A stretch of 64,000 nt of DNA. It comes from Lachnospiraceae bacterium. GTDB lineage: Bacteria; Bacillota; Clostridia; Lachnospirales; Lachnospiraceae. Positions 8,754 to 17,720 of this stretch are shown here, piece after piece (the first letter of the stretch is position 1; each line of letters begins with the position of its first letter). The notes under the pieces were generated by a model. It searched no databases and was not told the origin of the DNA. It saw only the letters and a program-made list of their open reading frames with translations. Position numbers and translations under genes: made by a program. Location: contig JAILRC010000085.1 of assembly GCA_024698485.1 (NCBI GenBank), forward strand, positions 23,639 through 87,638, written 5' to 3'.

Positions 8754-8785
8754 TTTGATGATAATTTTTGAGCATAGTTTGATGA
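8754..8785 (+). promoter_or_regulatory. direct repeat TTTGATGA x2 (8754-8761 and 8778-8785) upstream of the GH3 promoter; candidate AraC-type activator site
   Basis: The two identical 8-mers are 24 nt apart start to start. The proximal copy ends 31 nt upstream of the TATAAT at 8816. The divergently transcribed AraC gene is adjacent. Confidence 0.25.
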
Positions 8786-8812
8786 AGATTAGGAAGAAAA
8801 ATCTTTTATCAA

Positions 8813-8821
8813 TGGTATAAT
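8813..8821 (+). promoter_or_regulatory. candidate extended -10 (TGgTATAAT) for the GH3/ABC operon
   Basis: TGGTATAAT at 8813-8821, about 80 nt upstream of the GH3 start. The -35 is poor (GAAGAA), which is consistent with an activator-dependent promoter. Confidence 0.4.
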
Positions 8822-8899
8822 CCAAAATATAAAGAAACGATAAACGGATCGGACGGATCTGAAAAGAGATACACGTCGTTTCGACGTGCGGAGGTTTAG

Positions 8900-11059
8900 G
8901 TGAAAAATAAGATCAAAAACGTCAATTTCAATAAAGAAAAATTGTCAGAATATAAAAAAATGGCCGAAGATCTTGTGGCAAAAATGACACTGGAGGAAAA
9001 GTGCTCTCAGGTTGTGAACTGGGCGCCGGCCATCGAAAGACTGAACGTAAAGAGTTATAACTGGTGGAATGAAGCCCTTCACGGTGTTGCAAGAGCCGGA
9101 GTCGCAACTGTTTTCCCTCAGGCCGTTACATTGGCGGCAAGCTTCAACGAGGAACTTCTTGAAGAGGTGGGAGATGCGGTTTCCACCGAAGGCAGAGCCA
9201 AGTTCAACAATCAGCAGAAATATGATGACCATGACATATACAAAGGCTTGACTTTCTGGGCTCCCAACATCAACATTTTCAGAGATCCCAGATGGGGAAG
9301 AGGACATGAGACCTTCGGAGAAGATCCTTATCTCACTTCCAGACTGGGAACCAGATACATTGACGGTATCCAGGGCAAGGATGAGAACAATCTGAAGGCG
9401 GCTGCCTGTGCAAAGCACTATGCCGTTCATTCCGGCCCCGAAGGCATCAGACACAGCTTTGATGCCAAGGTCAACAAAAAGGATTTTTGGGAAACTTACC
9501 TTTATGCTTTTGAAAAATGCATTGAGAACACTCATGTTGAAGCCGTTATGGGAGCTTACAACAGAGTGAACGGAGAGCCTGCCTGCGGCAGCAGGACGCT
9601 TCTCATTGACATTCTGAGAAACAGGTTCGGATTTGAAGGGCATGTTACCAGCGACTGCTGGGCCATTAAAGATTTTTACACAGGACATATGGTCTGCGAC
9701 ACGCCTCTGGAGGCTGTGGCTCTGGCCATGAACAACGGCTGTGACGTTAATTGCGGTGATCTTTTCAAGAACATGAAACAGGCGGTTGACGAAGGACTTG
9801 TTAAAGAAAGCAGACTTGATGAGGCTCTTGTCCGTCTTTTCACCACCAGATACAAGCTTGGCATCATGGAAGGGCAGACATCGGAGTTTGACGGACTCAC
9901 ATTGGAAGATGTGGATTCCGACGGCATGAAGGATCTGAACTTGAGAGCGGCTCTGGAGTCCGTTGTTCTTCTTAAGAATGAGAACGCATTCCTTCCACTG
10001 GATGCGAAGAAGATAAAGACTGTGGGTATCGTCGGACCCAACGCAGACAACAAAAGAGCTCTGGTGGGCAACTATGAAGGAACGGCATCAAGATACGAGA
10101 CAGTGCTCCTTGGCATAGAAGACCTCGTAGGCTCCGATGTGAGAGTGATGTACTCGGAAGGATGCCATCTCTTTAAGGACAAGGTGGAAAACCTCGGCCA
10201 GCCCAATGACAGAATGGCGGAAGTCAAAGGTGTCTGCGAGAACAGTGACGTGGTGATCTGCTGCGTTGGTCTCGATGCGGGACTTGAAGGAGAGGAAGGA
10301 GACGCAGGAAATGCTTACGCCAGCGGAGACAAGAAGGATCTTTCTCTTCCCGGGCTTCAGAACGAACTGCTGAAAGCGGTGCTTGATTCCGGAAAGCCTG
10401 TGATCGTCGTACTTCTTGCGGGAAGCTCCATCGATCTCAGAGCAGCCAAGGAAAAGGCCGCAGCCATCGTTTATGCGGGCTATCCCGGAGCAAGAGGCGG
10501 AGAGGCCGTTGCGGACATCATCTTCGGTAAAGCAAATCCTTCGGGCAAACTGCCTTTCACCTTCTACAATTCGGTTGAAGAACTGCCTGCTTTCACGGAC
10601 TACTCCATGAAGGACAGGACTTACAGATACATGAAAAACGATGCACAGTTTCCTTTCGGTTTCGGTCTCGGATACAGTGAATTTGAGATCGCCGACGAAG
10701 AACTGCCCGGGGAGTGCAAAGAGGCAGACCTCGACAGTCTGGAAGTGAAACTGAACTTAAGAAACAAAGGCTGTTTCGACGGGGCACAGGTGCTGCAGAT
10801 CTACGTTGCAAGCAACGAAAAAGATGCTCCCAGATATCAGCTTAAAGCCTTTAAGAAAGTATTCCTGAAGGCGGGAGAAAAGAGGGAAGTGATCATTCCC
10901 TTAAGCCGTGATTCCTTTGAGATCGTTAACGAAACGGGAGAATTTATCGTTAACAAGGGCAAAAAGTACACCGTTTACATCGGTTTCTCACAGCCCGACG
11001 GCGAAAGTGAAAAGCTTCTGGGTATCCACCCCACAGCGCATGATCTTGTGATAATATAG
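8900..11059 (+). CDS. GH3 exo-glycosidase (beta-xylosidase / beta-glucosidase type), no signal peptide
   Basis: MTLEEKCSQV, WWNEALHGVA, FWAPNINIFRDPRWGRGHETFGEDPYL and KHYAVHSGPE are GH3 (BglX/Xyl3-type) motifs. GTG start follows GGAGG. An in-frame ATG 20 codons downstream is an alternative start. Confidence 0.8.
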   Translation: MKNKIKNVNFNKEKLSEYKKMAEDLVAKMTLEEKCSQVVNWAPAIERLNVKSYNWWNEALHGVARAGVATVFPQAVTLAASFNEELLEEVGDAVSTEGRAKFNNQQKYDDHDIYKGLTFWAPNINIFRDPRWGRGHETFGEDPYLTSRLGTRYIDGIQGKDENNLKAAACAKHYAVHSGPEGIRHSFDAKVNKKDFWETYLYAFEKCIENTHVEAVMGAYNRVNGEPACGSRTLLIDILRNRFGFEGHVTSDCWAIKDFYTGHMVCDTPLEAVALAMNNGCDVNCGDLFKNMKQAVDEGLVKESRLDEALVRLFTTRYKLGIMEGQTSEFDGLTLEDVDSDGMKDLNLRAALESVVLLKNENAFLPLDAKKIKTVGIVGPNADNKRALVGNYEGTASRYETVLLGIEDLVGSDVRVMYSEGCHLFKDKVENLGQPNDRMAEVKGVCENSDVVICCVGLDAGLEGEEGDAGNAYASGDKKDLSLPGLQNELLKAVLDSGKPVIVVLLAGSSIDLRAAKEKAAAIVYAGYPGARGGEAVADIIFGKANPSGKLPFTFYNSVEELPAFTDYSMKDRTYRYMKNDAQFPFGFGLGYSEFEIADEELPGECKEADLDSLEVKLNLRNKGCFDGAQVLQIYVASNEKDAPRYQLKAFKKVFLKAGEKREVIIPLSRDSFEIVNETGEFIVNKGKKYTVYIGFSQPDGESEKLLGIHPTAHDLVII

Positions 11060-11111
11060 CGGGCCGCCGCTATAGCCCCTAAAAGGGGAAATAAAATTGG
11101 AGAGGAAAAAA

Positions 11112-12116
11112 ATGAAGAAGGTACAGAACGAGACTTTTACTCAGGGGAGTCAAGCGGTTTATGTAAAAAAAACCGGATGGCAAAAGTTTGGGATTTACGT
11201 GAGGAGGTATTGGCAGCTTTATGCAATGCTTGCCTTACCCCTCATCTATCTTTTGATCTTTAAGTATTATCCCATGCATTTTATCACCATAGCCTTTAAA
11301 GATTACAAGTTCAACAAATCTGTTTTTGAGATGCCTTGGGCCAGTGTCAAAGGGCAGGTTGATATCCTGAAACATTTTAAAGCAGCTATGAAGCCTGACT
11401 TTTACAGTGCTTTAAGAAACACAGTCACTCTTAATCTGCTTGATCTGTTCTTTGGATTTCCGGCACCTATAATTTTTGCGCTGATCCTTAATGAACTTCC
11501 TTTTAAAAGATTTAAAAAGTTCGTTCAAACGGTAGCTTATATGCCTCACTTCCTTTCATGGGTCATTATTTATGGACTTGTTTGTATCCTTTTCCAGCCC
11601 GATGGTCCTGCGGGAGGAGTTGTCAATAATCTTCTGGTTAAGAACGGATTATCGATCATACCTTTTCTTGATGATCCTACGCATTGGATAGGCACTTATG
11701 TTATGGTAGGTGTTTGGCAGAGCTTCGGTTGGGGATCCATTATTTATCTTGCGGCGATAGCCGGCATCAACCCTGAACTTTACGAAGCGGCATCTGTTGA
11801 CGGCGCCGGTCGTTTGAAAAAAATGTGGCACATTACTTTACCTGGTATTAAATCAACGATCGTCGTCCTGCTTATCATGAATATCGGCGGTATCGTCGGA
11901 GGAGCCTTCGACAGAATTTATGCAATGCAGAACCCCATTGTTCTTTCGGTAGCTGACACATTGTCTACCTTTGTTTACAGGATCGGTTTGTCTTCAAGTT
12001 ATCCCAAGTTTGAGCAAACGACGGCTGTAGGTCTTTTCCAGTCGGTTGTCGGATTGTTCTTCCTGCTGGGAGCCAATAAGATTTCGAGAAAACTTGGCGA
12101 ACGCGGAATTTGGTAA
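11112..12116 (+). CDS. carbohydrate ABC transporter permease (LplB/YtcP-like, MalF-type)
   Basis: A multi-TM protein with the EAA loop region EAASVDGAGRLKKMWHITLPGIK. Its N-terminal basic segment and size are typical of LplB-type polysaccharide-oligomer importers. ATG 11112 follows GGAGAGG. Confidence 0.8.
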   Translation: MKKVQNETFTQGSQAVYVKKTGWQKFGIYVRRYWQLYAMLALPLIYLLIFKYYPMHFITIAFKDYKFNKSVFEMPWASVKGQVDILKHFKAAMKPDFYSALRNTVTLNLLDLFFGFPAPIIFALILNELPFKRFKKFVQTVAYMPHFLSWVIIYGLVCILFQPDGPAGGVVNNLLVKNGLSIIPFLDDPTHWIGTYVMVGVWQSFGWGSIIYLAAIAGINPELYEAASVDGAGRLKKMWHITLPGIKSTIVVLLIMNIGGIVGGAFDRIYAMQNPIVLSVADTLSTFVYRIGLSSSYPKFEQTTAVGLFQSVVGLFFLLGANKISRKLGERGIW

Positions 12117-12130
12117 GGAGGGTATGACTT

Positions 12131-13003
12131 ATGAAGGTTAAATCGGTTAAAACTATTATCGGAGATTATATATTTGTATTCCTTTGCGTAATCGTTGCGG
12201 TGATCTGCCTTACGCCAATGATCTCACTCTTGGCAAAATCCCTGAGTTCCACTAAGTATCTTGTGGCGGGAGAGGTTTTCTTCCTTCCGAAGGGGTTGAA
12301 TTTTAAGGCATATGCTTATGTACTTAAGGAAGAAAAATATATCAGATCATTTATTTGGACTGTATTGCTGACAGTGATATGTACTCTTGTTTCTTTGACG
12401 ATAACCTCGTTTTGTGCATATCCTTTGATCTACGACAACCTTAAGGGAAAGAAAGTGATCAATGTACTTATTACATTTACCATGTTCTTTAATGCAGGTA
12501 TGATCCCCAATTATATGTTGATGAAATCATTACATTTCATTAACAATCCATTGGTGCTCATAGTTCCCAGTTGTCTCAGCATATACAATATGATCATTAT
12601 GAGAAGCTTTTTCTACGGCATTCCCGATAGTTTGCGAGAATCTGCGGAGATGGACGGCGCCTCGTTTTTTAAGATCTTTACGAATATCTATCTGCCTCTT
12701 TCCAAACCTGTTTATGCTACGCTGGCGTTGTTTTATGCTGTAGGCAGATGGAACGGTTACACGGATGCTCTTATGTATGTAAATGACGAGAAACTTTATC
12801 CGTTACAGCGCTATCTTTATGATATCTTGAATTCCGCAAAACAGGTGGAGGCAAGCAGGCTTGAAAGCCAAAGCGTTGTGGGCATGGCAGAGTCTATGAA
12901 AGATGCCGTGGTTATGTTTTCAACAATACCCATTTTGCTTGTTTATCCTTGGCTACAGAGGTATTTCATTGCCGGCGCAACGCTGGGGGCAGTAAAGGAA
13001 TGA
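12131..13003 (+). CDS. carbohydrate ABC transporter permease (LplC/YteP-like, MalG-type)
   Basis: Six predicted TM segments and the EAA loop ESAEMDGASFFKIFTNIYLPLSKP. SD is AAGGAGGG. It lies adjacent to the partner permease. Confidence 0.8.
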   Translation: MKVKSVKTIIGDYIFVFLCVIVAVICLTPMISLLAKSLSSTKYLVAGEVFFLPKGLNFKAYAYVLKEEKYIRSFIWTVLLTVICTLVSLTITSFCAYPLIYDNLKGKKVINVLITFTMFFNAGMIPNYMLMKSLHFINNPLVLIVPSCLSIYNMIIMRSFFYGIPDSLRESAEMDGASFFKIFTNIYLPLSKPVYATLALFYAVGRWNGYTDALMYVNDEKLYPLQRYLYDILNSAKQVEASRLESQSVVGMAESMKDAVVMFSTIPILLVYPWLQRYFIAGATLGAVKE

Positions 13004-13069
13004 TCGGAAACCATTGTGGTTTTCCGTTAATTCATATTAAATTCTATTTCATAGGGAGGAAAAAAAGAA

Positions 13070-14827
13070 ATGAAAAGAAAGTTAGTCGCTTTGTTACTGG
13101 CAGCTACAATGATCGTTTCATTGGCAGCTTGCGGCGGCAAAAAGGATGACACACCGTCATCACAGTCTTCAAGCAGCAGCTCGAGTAGCTCAAGCAGCTC
13201 AAGCAGTAGCTCAAGCAGCTCAAGCAGCAGCTCAAGCAGTTCAAGCAAGACAGAGGAGAAAAATGATCCCACAAACGGTGAACTTGTGAATGGCAAGTTC
13301 GTCAAGACAAGAAAGATCACAGTTGAAGTTTATGATCGTAGCGGTAAAGTACCTGCAGACGACAACGTATGGACTGATTGGATCAAGAAGCAGATGCTTG
13401 AAAGGTACAACATCGAGGTTACTTATAAGACTGTTCCCCGTTGGACAGAAAAGGATGCTATCAATACATTGCTTGCATCAGGCGATGCTCCGGATATCTG
13501 CTACACATATGAGTATCCCACAATTCAGTCTTATGCAAACATGGACGGTATCATTGACCTGAATCCCCTTCTTGAGCAATACAAGTCATTGCTTCCCAAC
13601 CTTTGGGCTTGGCTTGGAGACGAGAACATCTACTATGATCAGGATCCTAAGACAGGAACCGTTTGGGCAATTGAAGGAAGAAGAAACAACACCTATCGTA
13701 TAAACACATTCATTCGTCAGGATTGGCTTGACAAGCTTGGACTTAAGACACCTACAACAATGGCTGAATTCGAAACAGCTATCAAGGCTTTCAGAGACAA
13801 TGCAACAAAGCTTCTTGGCAAGGATGCCGGACAGATGGTTCCTTTCCTTCTTACATCCGATGTAGGCTGGACCGCAGCTCCCATTATTGAGTCATTTATC
13901 GATCCTTCCATCACTGATAAGGAACTTTATGTTACAGGATTTGATGACAGAAAGTATACAGTTGCAGGAACAAAGGATGCAGTAAAGGTTCTTAATAAGT
14001 GGTACAACGACAACCTTCTTTGGAAGAGTTTCCATCTTCACGGTGATGGCGATAACGCCGGAGATGATCTCTGCAAGGCTGGTTATGTAGGCGCATTCAT
14101 TCAGAACTATGATTATCCTTTCCGTGGAAATGAAGACAGTATCAATGCTCTTCTTGCAAAGAACGTAGATCCCAATGCTAAGTTTGTAGCAATCAACTGC
14201 TTCCAGGACAAGAATGGTAAGTACAGCCACTATTCATATTCTGCAGCAGGCGATAGAAAGACTTTCTTCCCTGCAACAAACAAAGAGCCTCTTGCTTCAC
14301 TTCTTTATGTTGAATTTATTTCTTCTCCCGAGGCTATCCAGTACCTTCAGATCGGAGAAGAAGGAATCAACCATAAGGTTCATGACAACGGCGCTATCGA
14401 GATCTTAACAGTTGATGATGATCATGTTCGTTACAACCAGCTTGGCGGTAACAATATCGACCTCACCATCACATGCAACGGACTCAGACTCAGCACTCCT
14501 GAGCTTACTCATCTTTCAATGGCTCTGTCCTATGCAGGATCAGCACCTGAAGATGTTGCAAATGCAATGGCAGTAGCAGAGAAGGACGCTATTTCTCCTC
14601 TTCATGTAAATGTAGGTGAGATCGTAGCTGAATCCGAAGGCTCTGATCTTACAGGTAAGAGAAATGCAGGCTTCACACAGTCTGTCATCTGCTCAACTGC
14701 AGATTTTGACAAGACTTGGGATGATGCTATGAAGGCATATATGCAGTCCGGCGGTAAGGCAATCCAGGTTGAGCGTGAAGAGGCTTGGAAAGAGAACTTT
14801 GGCAGCAAGACAATGCTTGACAAATAA
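13070..14827 (+). CDS. extracellular solute-binding lipoprotein (large LplA-type oligosaccharide binding protein) with a 27-Ser linker
   Basis: Lipoprotein signal MKRKLVALLLAATMIVSLAAC with the lipobox Cys, followed by an uninterrupted run of 27 Ser. The ~585-aa size and the position next to LplB/C-type permeases fit. No ATPase gene is present in the locus. Confidence 0.75.
   Translation: MKRKLVALLLAATMIVSLAACGGKKDDTPSSQSSSSSSSSSSSSSSSSSSSSSSSSSSSKTEEKNDPTNGELVNGKFVKTRKITVEVYDRSGKVPADDNVWTDWIKKQMLERYNIEVTYKTVPRWTEKDAINTLLASGDAPDICYTYEYPTIQSYANMDGIIDLNPLLEQYKSLLPNLWAWLGDENIYYDQDPKTGTVWAIEGRRNNTYRINTFIRQDWLDKLGLKTPTTMAEFETAIKAFRDNATKLLGKDAGQMVPFLLTSDVGWTAAPIIESFIDPSITDKELYVTGFDDRKYTVAGTKDAVKVLNKWYNDNLLWKSFHLHGDGDNAGDDLCKAGYVGAFIQNYDYPFRGNEDSINALLAKNVDPNAKFVAINCFQDKNGKYSHYSYSAAGDRKTFFPATNKEPLASLLYVEFISSPEAIQYLQIGEEGINHKVHDNGAIEILTVDDDHVRYNQLGGNNIDLTITCNGLRLSTPELTHLSMALSYAGSAPEDVANAMAVAEKDAISPLHVNVGEIVAESEGSDLTGKRNAGFTQSVICSTADFDKTWDDAMKAYMQSGGKAIQVEREEAWKENFGSKTMLDK
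13166..13246 (+). repeat. 81-nt tandem AGC/TCA-rich repeat (approximate 9-mer AGCTCAAGC units) encoding 27 consecutive Ser
   Basis: I read this directly: tct tca agc agc agc tcg agt agc tca agc agc tca agc agt agc tca agc agc tca agc agc agc tca agc agt tca agc. Confidence 0.95.
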
Positions 14828-14889
14828 AAAGATTTTTAATTGATCACTTAACACTTCGAAAGAGGGACAGGAGTTAAGAAATAAAAATT

Positions 14890-14930
14890 ATAATAGCCAT
14901 ACAATTTAAAATTGTATGGCTATTATTTTC
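14890..14930 (+). terminator. intrinsic terminator after the binding-protein gene
   Basis: ATAATAGCCATACAATT and AATTGTATGGCTATTAT form a perfect 17-bp stem with a 3-4 nt loop, followed by TTTTC. Confidence 0.8.
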
Positions 14931-14981
14931 TGAAAAGGGTATAATATAATAAAATTACCTTTATTGGAGGAGAGTTGATTT

Positions 14982-17720
14982 ATGGGATTCAGGTTCGGGA
15001 AAAATCTTAACAGAATAGCACTTGAAAACAACAATCTGAACGGTGTTGCAAGAATAGCCAAGGTGTTTGCAAAGGACATCGAGAGCGTTTTCGGAGGGAA
15101 GGCAGAGATCGCGGAAGTTACACCCAATGATACTTTACTTGAAAATGACATCATCGTTAAAACCGATCCTACAAAGTTTGATGGGGAGTATCAATGCTAT
15201 GAGATCCACATTGAGGGAAACATTCTGTGGATCACAGGCAGCGACCTGTTGGGGACGATTTACGGCATGTTCCATGTTTCGGAGATGATCGGTGTTACAC
15301 CTTTGGTCTATTTCGGAGACATTGAACCTTTGAGGCGCAAGGAACTTGCCCTCAAAGACTATCACTTTAGATCAAAACAGCCTTCCGTCAAGTACAGAGG
15401 CTTTTTCATAAATGACGAGTGGCCCTGCTTCGGCACATGGATCACGTCCAAGTTCGGCGGAGCAAATGCTCTTTGCTACGAAGTTATCTTTGAGTTCCTT
15501 CTCAGGATGAAGGGGAACTTTTTGTGGCCTGCCATGTGGGCAAGTTCATTCCCCTGCGACGGTCCCGGCACCTTGAACGAGGAACTGGCTACGGAACTGG
15601 GCATCACAGTTTCTTATTCTCATCATGAACCCTGCCTCAGGGCATCCGAAGAATGGAAGACAGTCTGCGGCGAAGGTTCACCCTACGGTTCTGTATGGAA
15701 TTTTGACAAGAATGAGCAGGGACTTTTGAATTACTGGCGTGATTCCTTAAAGAGAAGCGGCAGGTTCAATCACATCATCACCATAGGCATGAGAGGCGAA
15801 TATGACTCCGTCATGCTTGAAAATGCCACTCTTGAGGACAACATCAATGCTCTTAAGAAGATCATCCTTGCGCAAAAAGCTCTGATAAAGGAACTGGGGA
15901 TCAAGCTTCCTTTGACCCTTGCGGTCTACAAAGAAGTGGAACAGTACTTCTACGGCGATGAGAACACACCCGGCTTAAAGTACTGGGATGAACTGGATGA
16001 CGTGATCCTCATGCTCTGCGAAGATAATCAGGGACATATGAGAGGGCTTCCCACAAAGGATATGCGCGATCACAAGGGCGGATACGGAATGTACTTCCAC
16101 CTGGACTACCACGGCGGTCCCGTTTCCTTCGAATGGGTGAATTCCACATCTTTCCATCAGGTTTGGGAGGAAATGACGGAAGCTTATGATTTTGGCATTA
16201 AAGATATATGGGTTGTGAATGTGGGAGACATCAAGTTCAACGAGATCCCCCTCTATTACTTCATGCAGATCGCATATGATTACGAGAAATGGGGTTCCGG
16301 AAATCTTGAAAGCCCTATGGAATTCACGGACTTTGTGACAGACACCTTCTTCCCTACGGAAACACCTTCCGTAAAGAAGGAGATCGGAAGACTTCTCACC
16401 GATGCCTACCAGCTGAATTCCCAGAAGAGACCCGAAGCGGTTCACAGCGGCAGCTATGCCCTTTGTGCCAACTTTGAAAATGACAGGATGATCAACTTTG
16501 TTGAGGAACTGGAAGACAGGGCGATCAAACTCAACAAGAAGCTGAAGCCCGAATACAAGAACGGCTTTTATTCCTCCATCTACTGGCCGGTGCTGGCATC
16601 CACCAATCTTTACCTCATGTGGCTCTACAGTGACAAGAATAATTTCTATGCAAAGCAGGGAAAGAGCGCAGCAAATCATTACGGAAAACTTGCTGCGGAG
16701 AGGATTGTAAGAGACAGGGCTCTGGCTGACGAATTCGATAAATTCAAGAAGGGCAAGTGGCACGGCATGCAGCTCGAAGCTCATGTGGGCTTCACCACCT
16801 GGACGGACTTTGATAACAGAATGCCCATAGTATCTGATTTTACACCTGTAGAAAAGCCTTTGCTGAAGGTGTCCTTTGCAGACCGTGAAGAAGTTTTTGT
16901 AAAGATCTACGGACGTCCCATGAGGATGGATGTGGTAAAGACTCCTTCGTTCGTCGAGATCTCCAATTGCGGAAACGGAAAGATCGCTTACACCATAGTT
17001 GAGAAGACAGATGATGGCGAAAAGGAAGTCCTGAAGGATCAGACGGCACTTACGGATCTTTACAAACTCATCCGTGCGGCATCGGACGAAAAGGATCATC
17101 TCTATGTGATAAAGGGCAGTGACGGAACGGTCATTGAAATGATGAGCCATGGTTTTGGCATCGACTTTGTAAAGACTGACAGGAAAGTCTTCGGTAACAT
17201 CAGGGACTTTGAAAGAGAAGGAGCCATTAATCTTAAGGCTTCGGACAACACGCAGCTCATTCCGGGTACTACCGGACAGTTTACACTGCTCAAGGGCTAC
17301 GGCAAGTATGAGGAAGGCCTCAAGGTTCTGGGCAGGGTGGATGACTACGGCAAGGGAGAAAAGGCTTCCAAAGCTGTATGGGAGTTTGACAGCGAGTATG
17401 AAGGAAAACTTCACATCGAGCTCATCACCGCACCCACCAATCCCCTTAAATATCATGGAGCTCTTAATGTGAGTGTGAGTCTGAACGGCGAGAGATCAAA
17501 GAAACTGAATCTTGTACCCGAGGACTTCATGGCAGGAGAAAACAGCGATGCCCGCTGGTGCAGAGATGTGGTGGCCATGGAAAGAAGGACCTTCTTTGAA
17601 GGCAATATAGTTAAGGGCAGGAATAAGATAGAGATAGGCGCCGTTGAAATGGGCGTCATCATTGAAAGGATCATTATTTATGGAACGGAAGACGCCTACA
17701 GACGCAGTATCGAAGGGTAA
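14982..17720 (+). CDS. GH115 family alpha-glucuronidase (xylan alpha-1,2-glucuronidase type), intracellular
   Basis: The 912-aa size fits. The YRGFFINDEWPCFG and GMRGEYDS blocks match my memory of the GH115 catalytic domain. The context includes uronate catabolism genes. SD is GGAGGAG. The assignment is from memory only. Confidence 0.65.
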   Translation: MGFRFGKNLNRIALENNNLNGVARIAKVFAKDIESVFGGKAEIAEVTPNDTLLENDIIVKTDPTKFDGEYQCYEIHIEGNILWITGSDLLGTIYGMFHVSEMIGVTPLVYFGDIEPLRRKELALKDYHFRSKQPSVKYRGFFINDEWPCFGTWITSKFGGANALCYEVIFEFLLRMKGNFLWPAMWASSFPCDGPGTLNEELATELGITVSYSHHEPCLRASEEWKTVCGEGSPYGSVWNFDKNEQGLLNYWRDSLKRSGRFNHIITIGMRGEYDSVMLENATLEDNINALKKIILAQKALIKELGIKLPLTLAVYKEVEQYFYGDENTPGLKYWDELDDVILMLCEDNQGHMRGLPTKDMRDHKGGYGMYFHLDYHGGPVSFEWVNSTSFHQVWEEMTEAYDFGIKDIWVVNVGDIKFNEIPLYYFMQIAYDYEKWGSGNLESPMEFTDFVTDTFFPTETPSVKKEIGRLLTDAYQLNSQKRPEAVHSGSYALCANFENDRMINFVEELEDRAIKLNKKLKPEYKNGFYSSIYWPVLASTNLYLMWLYSDKNNFYAKQGKSAANHYGKLAAERIVRDRALADEFDKFKKGKWHGMQLEAHVGFTTWTDFDNRMPIVSDFTPVEKPLLKVSFADREEVFVKIYGRPMRMDVVKTPSFVEISNCGNGKIAYTIVEKTDDGEKEVLKDQTALTDLYKLIRAASDEKDHLYVIKGSDGTVIEMMSHGFGIDFVKTDRKVFGNIRDFEREGAINLKASDNTQLIPGTTGQFTLLKGYGKYEEGLKVLGRVDDYGKGEKASKAVWEFDSEYEGKLHIELITAPTNPLKYHGALNVSVSLNGERSKKLNLVPEDFMAGENSDARWCRDVVAMERRTFFEGNIVKGRNKIEIGAVEMGVIIERIIIYGTEDAYRRSIEG

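Noticed and set aside
13027-13320. A minus-strand ORF encoding LLELLELLLELLELL..., which looks like a leucine-zipper or coiled-coil repeat protein.
   Set aside because: It is simply the reverse complement of the AGC/TCA serine-repeat in the binding-protein gene. It has no SD, and it overlaps a gene with a clear lipoprotein signal and a clear context.
15975-17456. A 493-aa ORF on the minus strand, antisense to the GH115 gene. Similar long antisense ORFs occur at 999..2024, 20645..21679, 36778..37596, 40070..40999, 43257..44075 and 47395..48525.
   Set aside because: Each lies entirely inside a well-supported sense gene (UxaA, GH2, RluD, HisD, HisIE, Dxs). Their translations are low-complexity and rich in Cys, His and Phe, with no recognisable motifs. 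The sense strand rarely uses TTA, CTA or TCA codons, and this removes stops from the antisense frame. I treat them as a codon-bias artefact, not overlapping genes.
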